Shown piece after piece: positions 29,065-38,449 of a stretch of DNA of 64,000 bases. Source of the stretch: Flavobacteriales bacterium (GTDB lineage Bacteria; Bacteroidota; Bacteroidia; Flavobacteriales; UBA7312); the NCBI GenBank assembly GCA_965661345.1, contig CBFIDK010000001.1, positions 74,543-138,542 on the forward strand, read 5' to 3'. Each line of letters opens with the position of its first letter. Position 1 is the stretch's first letter. The position numbers were made by a program, and so were the translations under genes. A model generated the notes under the pieces. It made no database searches. It was not told the origin of the DNA and saw nothing but the letters and a program-made list of their open reading frames with translations.

Positions 29065-29072
29065 CAAATCTA
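29065..29072 (-). promoter_or_regulatory. Putative -7 box (TAGATTTG) for the acidic-protein gene
   Basis: The minus strand reads TAGATTTG, matching TAnnTTTG about 25 nt upstream of ATG 29039. Confidence 0.4.
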
Positions 29073-29113
29073 GATTACTGGTTTTAAAAATAAAAACAAG
29101 AGCTGCAAAATCC

Positions 29114-30139
29114 TTACTCGTTCAAGGTGTTATTAGCCGCTCTGATTCGGAAAATTAACATAAACATTATACCTAGTAATATGCAAGCAAATAGTAGGTG
29201 AGCATTTTGTACTGCTCCAATCACACCCAAATGCGATAATACTACCCCACTAATCAACTCAATTGCCAAAATAAAATATAACCAACGCAAAGTGGTTATT
29301 TTGTAAAATCGCTCATTTATATAAGCGATGTAGGTAAGCATAGCTAATACCAACCACGAAAAGCTTCGGTGAATAAAAAATGAAACGCCAAGCTGTTCTG
29401 ACCACTGTTCTCTGCCAATTCCTAATCGTGTTAGTTCGTCTATATATTCGCGTACCTGAGTGCCCAAAAACATTTGATAGAATGTTATAAAGAAACTTAT
29501 CCAAACAAGATAATAAACCACTTTGGGAACAACTAAATTTTTCGATTGGGTGGGACTAACCATACGAATGATGTACAACTGAATACCAATAATTAGAAGC
29601 GCAAAAAATAGATGGACAGTAATTGTCCATGGCACTAAGTTTGATGCTACAACAATAGAGCCAAACCATCCCTGGAAAAGCATGAACACCAAATTAAAAA
29701 AGGATAAAAAAAGTAATAGCCGATGCTTTCTATATGCAAATGCTATCCAAATAAATAAAATTAACACCGAATTCCCAGCCAATAGGCCTAGCAAACGGTT
29801 AATATATTCAGTCCATGTTTTTCTGGCGTTAAAATCCTCTTCTTTAGTAAGATTAGGATCGTTTTTTAGCTGCATTGCTACTTCCGACATGCCAACTGCT
29901 GAAAGCAAAGCCGCAAACTTCTCTACTTTTTCTTGACGCTTCTCTACAAACTTATCCTTGTAATCTAAGGGGACTTGGCTGATTTCTGTGGGTGGTATCC
30001 ATTGATCAAAACATTTAGGCCAATCCGGACAGCCCATGCCGCTTCCTGTTACTCGCACAAAACTTCCAGCAATAACTACCAAAAAAATGAATACCAATGC
30101 CAGCCAATTAAAACGGACGAATAACTTAGAAAAATCCAT
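29114..30139 (-). CDS. ctaA: Heme A synthase (COX15/CtaA family)
   Basis: 341 aa with GSGMGCPDWPKCF near the N-terminus and about 8 TM helices carrying conserved His residues. Confidence 0.85.
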   Translation of the reverse strand: MDFSKLFVRFNWLALVFIFLVVIAGSFVRVTGSGMGCPDWPKCFDQWIPPTEISQVPLDYKDKFVEKRQEKVEKFAALLSAVGMSEVAMQLKNDPNLTKEEDFNARKTWTEYINRLLGLLAGNSVLILFIWIAFAYRKHRLLLFLSFFNLVFMLFQGWFGSIVVASNLVPWTITVHLFFALLIIGIQLYIIRMVSPTQSKNLVVPKVVYYLVWISFFITFYQMFLGTQVREYIDELTRLGIGREQWSEQLGVSFFIHRSFSWLVLAMLTYIAYINERFYKITTLRWLYFILAIELISGVVLSHLGVIGAVQNAHLLFACILLGIMFMLIFRIRAANNTLNE

Positions 30140-30145
30140 AAAATA

Positions 30146-30517
30146 CTAATGAGTATCTATTTTTACGTTCTCAACAGCCTGAAGAATTTCAACTTCTACC
30201 GAACTGACAGTATACAAACTGTCTTTTAGGGTATTGATTAAATCAATCATAGTGTATTCGCTGATTAGACTATTGTCATAATTCACAACCGCTTGCTTGC
30301 TTTCAAAATCAACCTCAGCTTTAGCTACACCATCTAATTTTTCCAATTCTTCATCAATATAAGCTGCACATCCAACCTGACAGCTCATGCCCTCAATCAT
30401 GAATTCAGCTTTAGCATCAGCTAAAACTGTTACTTCTGAATCAACTTTGGAAGTTGAGTTCTGCCCGCAGCTAACGAGAACTAAAATTGATAAAACAGTT
30501 AAAAAGTTTTTGAACAT
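30146..30517 (-). CDS. Heavy-metal-associated (HMA) domain lipoprotein
   Basis: The ORF track gives 30146..30565. Moving the start to ATG 30517 gives the lipobox MFKNFLTVLSILVLVSC. The HMA-like core reads FMIEGMSCQVGCAAYIDEELEKLDGV, with C-x3-C spacing. The gene lies 6 nt upstream of ctaA. Confidence 0.7.
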   Translation of the reverse strand: MFKNFLTVLSILVLVSCGQNSTSKVDSEVTVLADAKAEFMIEGMSCQVGCAAYIDEELEKLDGVAKAEVDFESKQAVVNYDNSLISEYTMIDLINTLKDSLYTVSSVEVEILQAVENVKIDTH

Positions 30518-30571
30518 AATTTCATATTTATAATAGGTTACAAAAATACTAACATATCTTCGCAAAAATTA

Positions 30572-31450
30572 TTGTTTGTGTCATTTTCTAACAAAAAAGT
30601 TTTTACCTGGCTTTTACTTATCCTTCTCGCTTTCATTTGGGGAAGCTCGTTTATACTTATGAAAAAAGGCCTTATCGTTTTTAACGACCTGGAAGTGGCA
30701 CAGCTAAGAATGAGCATAGCTTGGCTAAGCCTCTTGCCATTTGTTTGGAAAAAAATCTTCAAAATACAAAAGCACCACATTCTACCCATTATCATTGTTG
30801 GTTTATTCGGGAATGGAATACCTGCTTTCCTATTTACTAAAGCACAAACACAACTTGACAGCTCACTCGTAGGAATATTAAATGCGCTCGTTCCTATTTT
30901 CACTTTTATTATTGCGGTTTTTTTGTTCAAAAATAAAGTTAAAAGAAGCCAGCTCGCTGGCTTATTAATTGGACTTTGTGGAGCCGTTTCACTTATAGCT
31001 TACGGAGGAGTGAACTTTGACAATATGAACTATTCGTACTACGTCATCGCCGCAACAATATGCTATGCCATTAGTTTGAACACCATAAAAAACTCATTGC
31101 AGGATATGTCTTCAATGGATATCTCTGGTCTAGCATTTTTTGTGATTGGACCGTTCTGTTTATTGGCCTTATATTTTTCAGAGTTTAGCTACAAAATGCA
31201 GAATAGCGAAGGCGCCTCTACAGCCTTGTGGTATATCATCTTACTTTCTACGGTTGGCACTTCTTTAGCACTAGTAGCATTCAATATTTTGGTAAAGAAA
31301 ACCACTGCAATATTTGCTTCATCTGTAACCTATCTTATTCCCATTGTTGCTATATTTTGGGGCTTTGTAGACGGCGAACTAATCACCTGGAACCATTTCG
31401 TAAGCATAGGTATAATTTTGGGGGGAATTCACCTAGTCAACAAAGGGTAA
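30572..31450 (+). CDS. EamA/DMT-superfamily transporter
   Basis: 292 aa with 10 TM helices in two similar halves. The N-terminus WLLLILLAFIWGSSFILMK is typical of EamA. Confidence 0.8.
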   Translation: MFVSFSNKKVFTWLLLILLAFIWGSSFILMKKGLIVFNDLEVAQLRMSIAWLSLLPFVWKKIFKIQKHHILPIIIVGLFGNGIPAFLFTKAQTQLDSSLVGILNALVPIFTFIIAVFLFKNKVKRSQLAGLLIGLCGAVSLIAYGGVNFDNMNYSYYVIAATICYAISLNTIKNSLQDMSSMDISGLAFFVIGPFCLLALYFSEFSYKMQNSEGASTALWYIILLSTVGTSLALVAFNILVKKTTAIFASSVTYLIPIVAIFWGFVDGELITWNHFVSIGIILGGIHLVNKG

Positions 31451-31456
31451 TTTTAT

Positions 31457-31487
31457 TTTGCTAGTTGTTTATTAATTATTACATTTG
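31457..31487 (+). promoter_or_regulatory. Bacteroidota sigma-A promoter for rplU-rpmA (TTTG-N19-TACATTTG)
   Basis: The -33 TTTG is at 31457-60 and the -7 TACATTTG at 31480-87, 40 nt before the rplU ATG. Confidence 0.55.
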
Positions 31488-31526
31488 CACCCCACAAAAA
31501 CAAAGTGGATTAAAAAAACATTTAGA

Positions 31527-32045
31527 ATGTATGCAATTGTAGAAATAGCAGGGCAACAATTTAAAGTTGAAAAAGACCAACAAATCTTTGTTCATCGTCT
31601 AGATAATGAAGAAGGTTCTAAAGTTGAATTCGATAAAGTATTATTGATTGACAACGGCGGAAAAATAAACGTTGGCGCCCCAGCTATCAGTGGTGCAAAA
31701 GTAACTGCAAAAGTGCTTGGCCACATGAAAGGAGACAAAGTAGTTGTCTTCAAAAAGAAAAGAAGAAAAGGATATAAAGTGAAAAATGGTCACAGACAAT
31801 CGTTTTCTCAAATTGAAATTCAAAGTATTGTTGAAAAAGGCACTACTGCTAAAAAAGCTGCTCCAAAAGCAGAAGCTAAGCCAGTAGCTGAAAAAGCAAC
31901 AACTGCCAAAAAAGAAGCTGCTCCAAAAGAAGCTGCTCCAAAAAAGGCGACCGCTGCCAAGCCTAAAGCAGCAGCAGCTAAAAAGCCTGCTGCTAAAAAA
32001 ACAACAACAGCTAAGAAGACAACAGCTAAAAAAACTGACAAATAG
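31527..32045 (+). CDS. rplU: 50S ribosomal protein L21 with ~67-aa Lys/Ala/Thr/Pro-rich C-terminal extension
   Basis: The ORF track gives 31485..32045, a start that falls inside the promoter. The start ATG 31527 gives MYAIVEIAGQQFKV. The L21 core is about 105 aa and is followed by the tail TTAKKAAPKAEAKPVAEKATTAKKEAAPKEAAPKK... Confidence 0.9.
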   Translation: MYAIVEIAGQQFKVEKDQQIFVHRLDNEEGSKVEFDKVLLIDNGGKINVGAPAISGAKVTAKVLGHMKGDKVVVFKKKRRKGYKVKNGHRQSFSQIEIQSIVEKGTTAKKAAPKAEAKPVAEKATTAKKEAAPKEAAPKKATAAKPKAAAAKKPAAKKTTTAKKTTAKKTDK

Positions 32046-32070
32046 TTTAACAATATAAAATTCAAATACT

Positions 32071-32328
32071 ATGGCTCATAAGAAAGGTGTAGGAAGTAGT
32101 AAGAACGGAAGAGAATCAGAAAGTAAACGACTTGGCGTAAAGATATTCGGTGGTCAAGGCGCTATCGCTGGTAACATTATCGTTCGTCAAAGAGGAACTA
32201 AACATCATCCAGGTGAAAATGTAGGTATCGGTAAAGACCATACGCTATTCGCTTTAACTGATGGTGTCGTTAAGTTTACTAAGAAAACTAATAACCGATC
32301 ATACGTTTCCGTAGACCCTATTAACTAA
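32071..32328 (+). CDS. rpmA: 50S ribosomal protein L27
   Basis: 85 aa: [24 protein letters not shown]. Confidence 0.95.
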   Translation: MAHKKGVGSSKNGRESESKRLGVKIFGGQGAIAGNIIVRQRGTKHHPGENVGIGKDHTLFALTDGVVKFTKKTNNRSYVSVDPIN

Positions 32329-32353
32329 AAGGTAGCGTATTTATTAAATATTT

Positions 32354-32388
32354 AAACTCCCTGCTTTTTAAGTTAGGGAGTTTTTTTT
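32354..32388 (+). terminator. Rho-independent terminator after rpmA
   Basis: AAACTCCCT-loop-AGGGAGTTT followed by a T8 run. Confidence 0.7.
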
Positions 32389-32427
32389 GATTAAGAATAT
32401 TATTTTTGTAATTCTAGAAATACAAAC

Positions 32428-33699
32428 ATGTTACAAATTAACTACATAAGAGAACATAAAACTGAAGCCTTAGAACGCTTACAGAAAAGAAATATTCAAG
32501 CAGAAGAACTCTTTAATGAAATCATCCAAAAAGACGATTTAAGAAAAGATACTCAAAGTAAACTTGACAATGTATTAGCCCAGTCTAATCAAATTGCAAA
32601 AGAGATAGGTCAATACTTTAAAAATGGCGAAAAAGAAAAGGCTGAAGAAGCCAAACTAAAAACCGTTGAGCTAAAACAAGCCAGTAAATCCTTGACAGAA
32701 GATCTAAATAGCGTCAGCAATGAACTAACTGATTTACTTACTCAAATTCCAAATGTACCTCACCAAAGCGTACCTTCAGGAAATTCAGAAGAAGATAACG
32801 AAACGGTTCTTGAAGAAGGTAATATCCCTAAGCTTCACGACAATGCATTGCCGCATTGGGACTTAGCAAAGAAATACGACCTGATAGATTTTGAACTCGG
32901 AAATAAAATTTCTGGAGCAGGATTTCCCGTCTACAAAGGAAAAGGAGCCAGACTACAACGGGCCTTAATTAATTACTTTTTAGATAAAAACACTAAGGCT
33001 GGCTATCTAGAAATTCAACCCCCACATCTTGTCAACGAGGCCAGTGGATTTGGCACTGGACAACTTCCAGACAAAGAAGGACAAATGTACCACACCGCAG
33101 TAGATAACTTGTACTTAATACCTACTGCTGAAGTCCCAGTAACAAATATTTTTAGAGATGTTATCGTTAAAAGCGAAGACTTACCCATAAAGTACACCGC
33201 ATACACCCCATGTTTCAGACGAGAAGCCGGTTCTTACGGAAAGGACGTAAGAGGGTTAAATCGTCTTCATCAATTTGATAAAGTAGAAATTGTTCAGGTT
33301 CAAAAGCCTGAGGAATCGTATCAAACTCTTGACAAAATGGTTGAGCATGTAACTCAAATTTTGAGAGAATTAGAATTACCGTTTAGAATATTAAAACTTT
33401 GTGGTGGAGACATGGGCTTCACATCTGCCCTAACATTTGATATGGAAGTATACTCTGCGGCTCAAAAACGCTGGTTAGAAGTTAGTTCTATTTCAAATTT
33501 TGAAAGCTTCCAAGCAAACAGACTAAAACTAAGGTACAAGGATGAAAATAAAAAAAATGCGCTTTGCCACACATTAAATGGCAGTGCGCTTGCGCTACCT
33601 CGCATTGTAGCCTCCTTATTAGAAAACAACCAAGACGAAAAAGTGATAAGAATACCAAAGGTCTTGATTCCATATACCGGATTTGAATACATAGACTAA
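32428..33699 (+). CDS. serS: Seryl-tRNA synthetase
   Basis: 423 aa with an N-terminal coiled-coil arm and class II motifs (GAGFPVYKGKGARLQRALINYF, TAEVPV, FRREAGSYGKDVRGLNRLHQFDKVE). Confidence 0.95.
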   Translation: MLQINYIREHKTEALERLQKRNIQAEELFNEIIQKDDLRKDTQSKLDNVLAQSNQIAKEIGQYFKNGEKEKAEEAKLKTVELKQASKSLTEDLNSVSNELTDLLTQIPNVPHQSVPSGNSEEDNETVLEEGNIPKLHDNALPHWDLAKKYDLIDFELGNKISGAGFPVYKGKGARLQRALINYFLDKNTKAGYLEIQPPHLVNEASGFGTGQLPDKEGQMYHTAVDNLYLIPTAEVPVTNIFRDVIVKSEDLPIKYTAYTPCFRREAGSYGKDVRGLNRLHQFDKVEIVQVQKPEESYQTLDKMVEHVTQILRELELPFRILKLCGGDMGFTSALTFDMEVYSAAQKRWLEVSSISNFESFQANRLKLRYKDENKKNALCHTLNGSALALPRIVASLLENNQDEKVIRIPKVLIPYTGFEYID

Positions 33700-34223
33700 T
33701 GAAATACTTTTTTATACTTTTTTTAGCTACAATGATTGGCTGTAGCAACTCCCATTTTCAAGCAGAAAAGGAAACAATCGACGAATTAATCACTCAATAC
33801 GATAGCTTGTTAAATGCAATTAATAGCGTAGATATAAATTCGGCAAAACCTAACTTGCAGAAATACAATGCATCATTAGAATACTCTAAGACACAACTAA
33901 GTACGGAGAAAAAACCCAGTTTGAAGACCATGAATTTCATGAACGATATGAAATTGATGAAACGTCAATTCAAAAATGCCTCAAAGACAAAAAATAATCT
34001 AATTTCTAATTCCGTTAGAAATCAAGAGCAATTGGATAATTTAATAACCGACATAGAAAATCGTATTTTTGAAAAAGACGAACTTGAGCTTATTCTAAGC
34101 AGAGAAAAGCAGGCTTTTAAAGAGCTATCAGAATCATTGATGAATTTTGAAAAATCCTTTAAAAATGCAGAGTCTCGTTTTGACAGTCTTTATGTGCTAT
34201 CAAAAACCTTCCAATACAACTAA
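33699..34223 (+). CDS. Hypothetical lipoprotein (helical, Lys/Asn-rich)
   Basis: 174 aa with lipobox MKYFFILFLATMIGC. Its ATG overlaps the serS stop (TAATG). Confidence 0.5.
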   Translation: MKYFFILFLATMIGCSNSHFQAEKETIDELITQYDSLLNAINSVDINSAKPNLQKYNASLEYSKTQLSTEKKPSLKTMNFMNDMKLMKRQFKNASKTKNNLISNSVRNQEQLDNLITDIENRIFEKDELELILSREKQAFKELSESLMNFEKSFKNAESRFDSLYVLSKTFQYN

Positions 34224-36041
34224 ATGAAGTGGCTAACAACTTTTACCTTAACATTTATTCTATGCTTTCAAGCATTTACACAGTCTAGTAATGATTTACG
34301 AATTGCTAACAAATTAGCCTACAGCGGACAATGTACGAGCGCCATTGAAATGTACGAAACCTTTGAATCAAAACTAAGGCTTAACAACTACTACAACACA
34401 TACCTTAAATGTTTACTAGAAGTTGAGAAATTCAATGACGCCCTTGTTCTAGTGAGAAATGCTCAAAAGCAATACCCAAATCAAATTCAATACATTTTCG
34501 ATTTAGGCTTAGTTTATAAATCCAAAGGGGATAATTTTAGAGCCGAAAAAGAATTTAAAAAATGCATCAACAATTTAAGGGCTGGCAGAACTAATGATGT
34601 ATTTACCCTAGCCACTAAGTTTTCAAAAAATGGCGAAAGCGATTGGCTAAATAAAGTCTATGAAAAAGGCCAAGAACTAAACCCTAGTTTTGAATTTGGA
34701 TTTCAACAAGCTACTTCTCTAGCAAACCTTGGTCAGACAGAGAAAATGATTGACATCTATCTTGACTTAATTGAAAAAAAAGGAAGTCACCTAAATACAG
34801 TAAAAATTAAACTGCAAAATAGTTTAGGACGAACAAAAAGCAGTAAAGATAACTACGATTTGTTGCAGAAAAAACTTCTGCTGAGGGTTCAAAAAACCAA
34901 TAACAGCGAACTCACCGAATTATTAGTTTGGCTCTATATTCAATCTAACGAATACGATGCGGCATATATTTATACCAAAGCCCTTGACAAACGACTGCGA
35001 GAAGATGGAAGCCGTATGTTTGACTTAGCTTATGTCGCTTACGAAAACAAAGCCTATCAAAGCGCTATAAAATGCTATCAGTACATTATAGAACTTGGCT
35101 CTGAAAACCCATATTACAAGGATTCAAAAATTTCCGAACTTATCGTTGCTGGTGAAGCTTTAGTAGAAAAGGATTATAGCACAGATGAACTTTTAGAATT
35201 AGACAAAAACTATCAATCGGTAATTGAAGAATTGGGAGAAACAAAAGACATGGTCTACCTGATGAAAGACTACGCTAAAATAAAAGCCTTTTATTTATAC
35301 GACTACCCCTCTGCCATCAAACTACTTGAAAAATCAATTCAATTACTTGATGAAGGAAAATTACAAGCAGAATGTAAACTCATGCTTGGAGACATTCTGC
35401 TTATTACTAACGAAGATTGGGATGCTATCATCCTTTATTCACAAGTAGAAAAAGCCTTCAAAGAAAATCCAATTGGTCATCAAGCTAAATTTAATCGTGC
35501 AAAAGTATCCTATTATCAAGGGCAATTTGAATGGGCACAGGCTCAGCTAGATGTACTAAAGGCTTCAACCACAAAGCTTATTTCCAATAATGCCATGAAG
35601 CTATCGTTATTTATTACTGATAATTTAGGTCTTGACACCTCAGAAATGGCAATGAACATGTATGCCAAAGCAGACCTTTTAGAGTTTCAAAATAAGCTTG
35701 ACGAAAGTGTAAGTGTATTGGACAGTATGCTATCTATTTTCCCTGGCCACAGCTTGACTGATGAAATTATTTTCAAAAAAGCAGATATACACATCAAGAG
35801 AAAAGAATACTCTAAAGCGGTTACTTTGTACGAGAAAGTGGCCACAGAATTTTCATACGATATACTTGCCGATGATGCTTTGTTTAAGTGGGCAGATTTA
35901 TTGGAAAACAAACTTGGTCAAAAAGAAAAAGCTATGGAAATTTTTGAAAAAATAGTCGTAGATTACTCGGATAGCATATTTACAACTGAAGCAAGAAAAC
36001 GATTCAGAAAATTAAGAGGAGACGAAAATATTGAGTTATGA
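34224..36041 (+). CDS. Secreted TPR-repeat protein
   Basis: 605 aa with a signal peptide (cleavage AFT|QS). Multiple TPR-like helix pairs carry the typical A/Y/L spacing. Confidence 0.6.
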   Translation: MKWLTTFTLTFILCFQAFTQSSNDLRIANKLAYSGQCTSAIEMYETFESKLRLNNYYNTYLKCLLEVEKFNDALVLVRNAQKQYPNQIQYIFDLGLVYKSKGDNFRAEKEFKKCINNLRAGRTNDVFTLATKFSKNGESDWLNKVYEKGQELNPSFEFGFQQATSLANLGQTEKMIDIYLDLIEKKGSHLNTVKIKLQNSLGRTKSSKDNYDLLQKKLLLRVQKTNNSELTELLVWLYIQSNEYDAAYIYTKALDKRLREDGSRMFDLAYVAYENKAYQSAIKCYQYIIELGSENPYYKDSKISELIVAGEALVEKDYSTDELLELDKNYQSVIEELGETKDMVYLMKDYAKIKAFYLYDYPSAIKLLEKSIQLLDEGKLQAECKLMLGDILLITNEDWDAIILYSQVEKAFKENPIGHQAKFNRAKVSYYQGQFEWAQAQLDVLKASTTKLISNNAMKLSLFITDNLGLDTSEMAMNMYAKADLLEFQNKLDESVSVLDSMLSIFPGHSLTDEIIFKKADIHIKRKEYSKAVTLYEKVATEFSYDILADDALFKWADLLENKLGQKEKAMEIFEKIVVDYSDSIFTTEARKRFRKLRGDENIEL

Positions 36042-36334
36042 TACTATATAATGTTACTGTAAGTTTAGACCCAAGTATTCATACCGATTGGCTAGAATGG
36101 ATGAAAAACATTCATATTCCTGAAGTCATGGCAACAGGTTTTTTTGTCGAAAATAAAATATGCAGGGTACTCGTTGACGACGAAATTACTTATGCTATTC
36201 AATACAGTTGCGAGAGTTTAGAAAAGCTTCACGATTATCAAGAAAATTACGCCCCTGAACTTCAAAAAAAACATACAGAGCGGTACAAAGGAAAGTTCGG
36301 AGCTTTTCGTACACTTCTAGAAATCATTCAATAA
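36038..36334 (+). CDS. Small conserved Bacteroidota protein (DUF4286-like)
   Basis: 98 aa: MILYNVTVSLDPSIHTDWLEWMKNIHIPEVMATGFF... This matches my memory of the DUF4286 family. It overlaps the upstream gene by ATGA. Confidence 0.5.
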   Translation: MILYNVTVSLDPSIHTDWLEWMKNIHIPEVMATGFFVENKICRVLVDDEITYAIQYSCESLEKLHDYQENYAPELQKKHTERYKGKFGAFRTLLEIIQ

Positions 36335-36335
36335 A

Positions 36336-37100
36336 ATGAGTAAAGTAAGAGCAAAAAAACACCTAGGACAACATTTTCTGACCGACTTAGAAATTGCTCA
36401 AAATATTGCTCACAGTTTAGACACAAACCTTCACAGCACCATTTTAGAAGTTGGACCAGGAATGGGCGTACTTACCAAATACCTCCTGCCTCTCAACTCA
36501 GAGCTTTTTGTTGTAGAAATAGATAAGGAGTCGGTACGCTATCTTAAAAATCATTATCCAAAACTTGAAAACCATATTATTGAAGGTGATTTTTTACAGT
36601 TACCAATAGAACAAATTTTCCAAACCAAAATCGGGCTAATAGGTAATTTCCCCTATAATATTTCATCCCAAATTTTGTTTAAAGCCCTAGATCACAAAAA
36701 CACTATTACAGAAATTGTTGGCATGTTTCAAAAAGAAGTCGCTGAAAGAGTAGCCTCACCTCCTGGCAAAAAAGCCTACGGAATAATCAGCGTTTTACTT
36801 CAGTGTTATTATGATATTGAATACCTTTTTACAGTGAACGAAGATGTCTTTGATCCTCCGCCAAAAGTAAAATCTGCCGTCATAAGACTCCGAAGAAATA
36901 ATCGGGAAAACTTACCATGTGACGAAAAAAAATTCATCAGAACAGTAAAGACGGCTTTCTCAATGAGAAGAAAGACTTTGAGAAATGCTTTGAAAAGTCT
37001 TAACTTGGTGGACGAAATAAAGGCAAAAAAATTCCTTGACTTAAGAGCTGAACAACTGAGTGTGGAAGATTTTTTTGAACTAACAGATTGCTTTGAATGA
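36336..37100 (+). CDS. rsmA: 16S rRNA (adenine1518/1519-N6)-dimethyltransferase
   Basis: 254 aa with KKHLGQHFLTD and the SAM site ILEVGPGMGVLT. Confidence 0.9.
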   Translation: MSKVRAKKHLGQHFLTDLEIAQNIAHSLDTNLHSTILEVGPGMGVLTKYLLPLNSELFVVEIDKESVRYLKNHYPKLENHIIEGDFLQLPIEQIFQTKIGLIGNFPYNISSQILFKALDHKNTITEIVGMFQKEVAERVASPPGKKAYGIISVLLQCYYDIEYLFTVNEDVFDPPPKVKSAVIRLRRNNRENLPCDEKKFIRTVKTAFSMRRKTLRNALKSLNLVDEIKAKKFLDLRAEQLSVEDFFELTDCFE

Positions 37101-38449
37101 TGAAGTTTGACCTAACAAAAGATTACTTAAATGAACTAAACGCGCTTATTGATAGCAAACAAGCGACGTCTATTCTATCATTCATAGAAGAATGTCATAC
37201 TGCTGATATTGCCGAAATTCTAGACCAACTAGATTTTGAAGATGCTAGTTTTCTTTTTGAACTTTTGGAAGATGAAATCGCTGCTGAAGTTTTAGTTGAA
37301 CTTGAAGATGACCTCAGAGAGAAGTTACTAAAAATTCATTCCCCAAAAGAAATTGCAGAAGAGTTTGTCGACAATCTTGAAACCGATGATGCTGCTGATA
37401 TAATTTCCGAACTTCCTGAAAGCAAAAAACGAGAAGTATTATCACACATTGAAGACCTAGAACACGCCAGTGACATCGTTGATTTATTAACCTACGACGA
37501 AGATACTGCCGGCGGTCTTATGGCCAAAGAACTTATCAAAGTAAATACCAATTGGACAGTAATGCGCTGCGTTAAAGAAATGCGCAAACAGGCCGAAGAT
37601 CTCGATTTTGTCTATACTATTTATGTAGTGAATGATAAAAACATTCTTCTTGGCACATTATCTCTAAAAAGGCTACTTCTGACCGATTCTAAAACGATAA
37701 TTTCTGAAATAATGAAAGAAGACATTATCAAGGTTAACGCTTCATTAAGCCAAGAGGAAGTTGCTTACACCATGAATAAATATGACCTTGTTGTTCTGCC
37801 AGTTGTAAATGATAAAGAACAGCTTTTAGGCCGAATTACGGCGGATGATGTTATGGATGTCATGAAAGAAGAGGCTGACAAAGACTATCAAATGGCATCC
37901 GGTATTTCCGAAGATGTAGAATCAAGCGATAGCGTTTGGGAAATTACTCGAGCTCGTTTACCTTGGCTGCTTATAGGCATGGTTGGCGGGCTGTTTGGCG
38001 CTAAAGTCATCGGTATTTTTGATATCGAAAAGAATTACGAAATGGCATTTTTTATACCACTTATTGCCGCAATGGGCGGTAATGTAGGTGTGCAATCTGC
38101 CGCCATTGTTGTGCAAAGTTTAGCCAGCGGAACAACCTCATTGGGCAATATTTCTCAGCGACTGGTCAAAGAGTTTGGAGTAGCGCTTGTAAATGGTATT
38201 ATTTGCTCAACTATTATTCTATGCTCTTCCTATCTTTTAGGATATGGAATTGACCTTAGCTTAACGGTGAGTATTGCATTATTATCTGTCATTATTTTTG
38301 CCGCACTTTTTGGAACATTTGTGCCATTAACTCTCAATAAATATAAGATTGACCCTGCCCTAGCTACTGGTCCGTTTATCACTACAGTCAATGATATTTT
38401 AGGATTATTTATCTATTTCCTTATTGGTCAGCTCATCATTTCTATATGA
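37097..38449 (+). CDS. mgtE: Magnesium transporter MgtE
   Basis: 450 aa with an acidic N-domain, a CBS pair and a C-terminal TM domain carrying IAAMGGNVGVQSAAIVVQ. Confidence 0.9.
   Translation: MMKFDLTKDYLNELNALIDSKQATSILSFIEECHTADIAEILDQLDFEDASFLFELLEDEIAAEVLVELEDDLREKLLKIHSPKEIAEEFVDNLETDDAADIISELPESKKREVLSHIEDLEHASDIVDLLTYDEDTAGGLMAKELIKVNTNWTVMRCVKEMRKQAEDLDFVYTIYVVNDKNILLGTLSLKRLLLTDSKTIISEIMKEDIIKVNASLSQEEVAYTMNKYDLVVLPVVNDKEQLLGRITADDVMDVMKEEADKDYQMASGISEDVESSDSVWEITRARLPWLLIGMVGGLFGAKVIGIFDIEKNYEMAFFIPLIAAMGGNVGVQSAAIVVQSLASGTTSLGNISQRLVKEFGVALVNGIICSTIILCSSYLLGYGIDLSLTVSIALLSVIIFAALFGTFVPLTLNKYKIDPALATGPFITTVNDILGLFIYFLIGQLIISI

Noticed and set aside
30538-30930. A 130-aa minus-strand ORF overlapping the start of the EamA transporter gene
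   Set aside because: It lies entirely antisense to a well-supported 10-TM transporter ORF and overlaps the re-started HMA gene region. I recognise no motif in it.
31820-32065. An 81-aa minus-strand ORF made of Ala/Leu/Phe/Val repeats
   Set aside because: It is antisense to the Lys/Ala tail of rplU and is a low-complexity mirror artefact.
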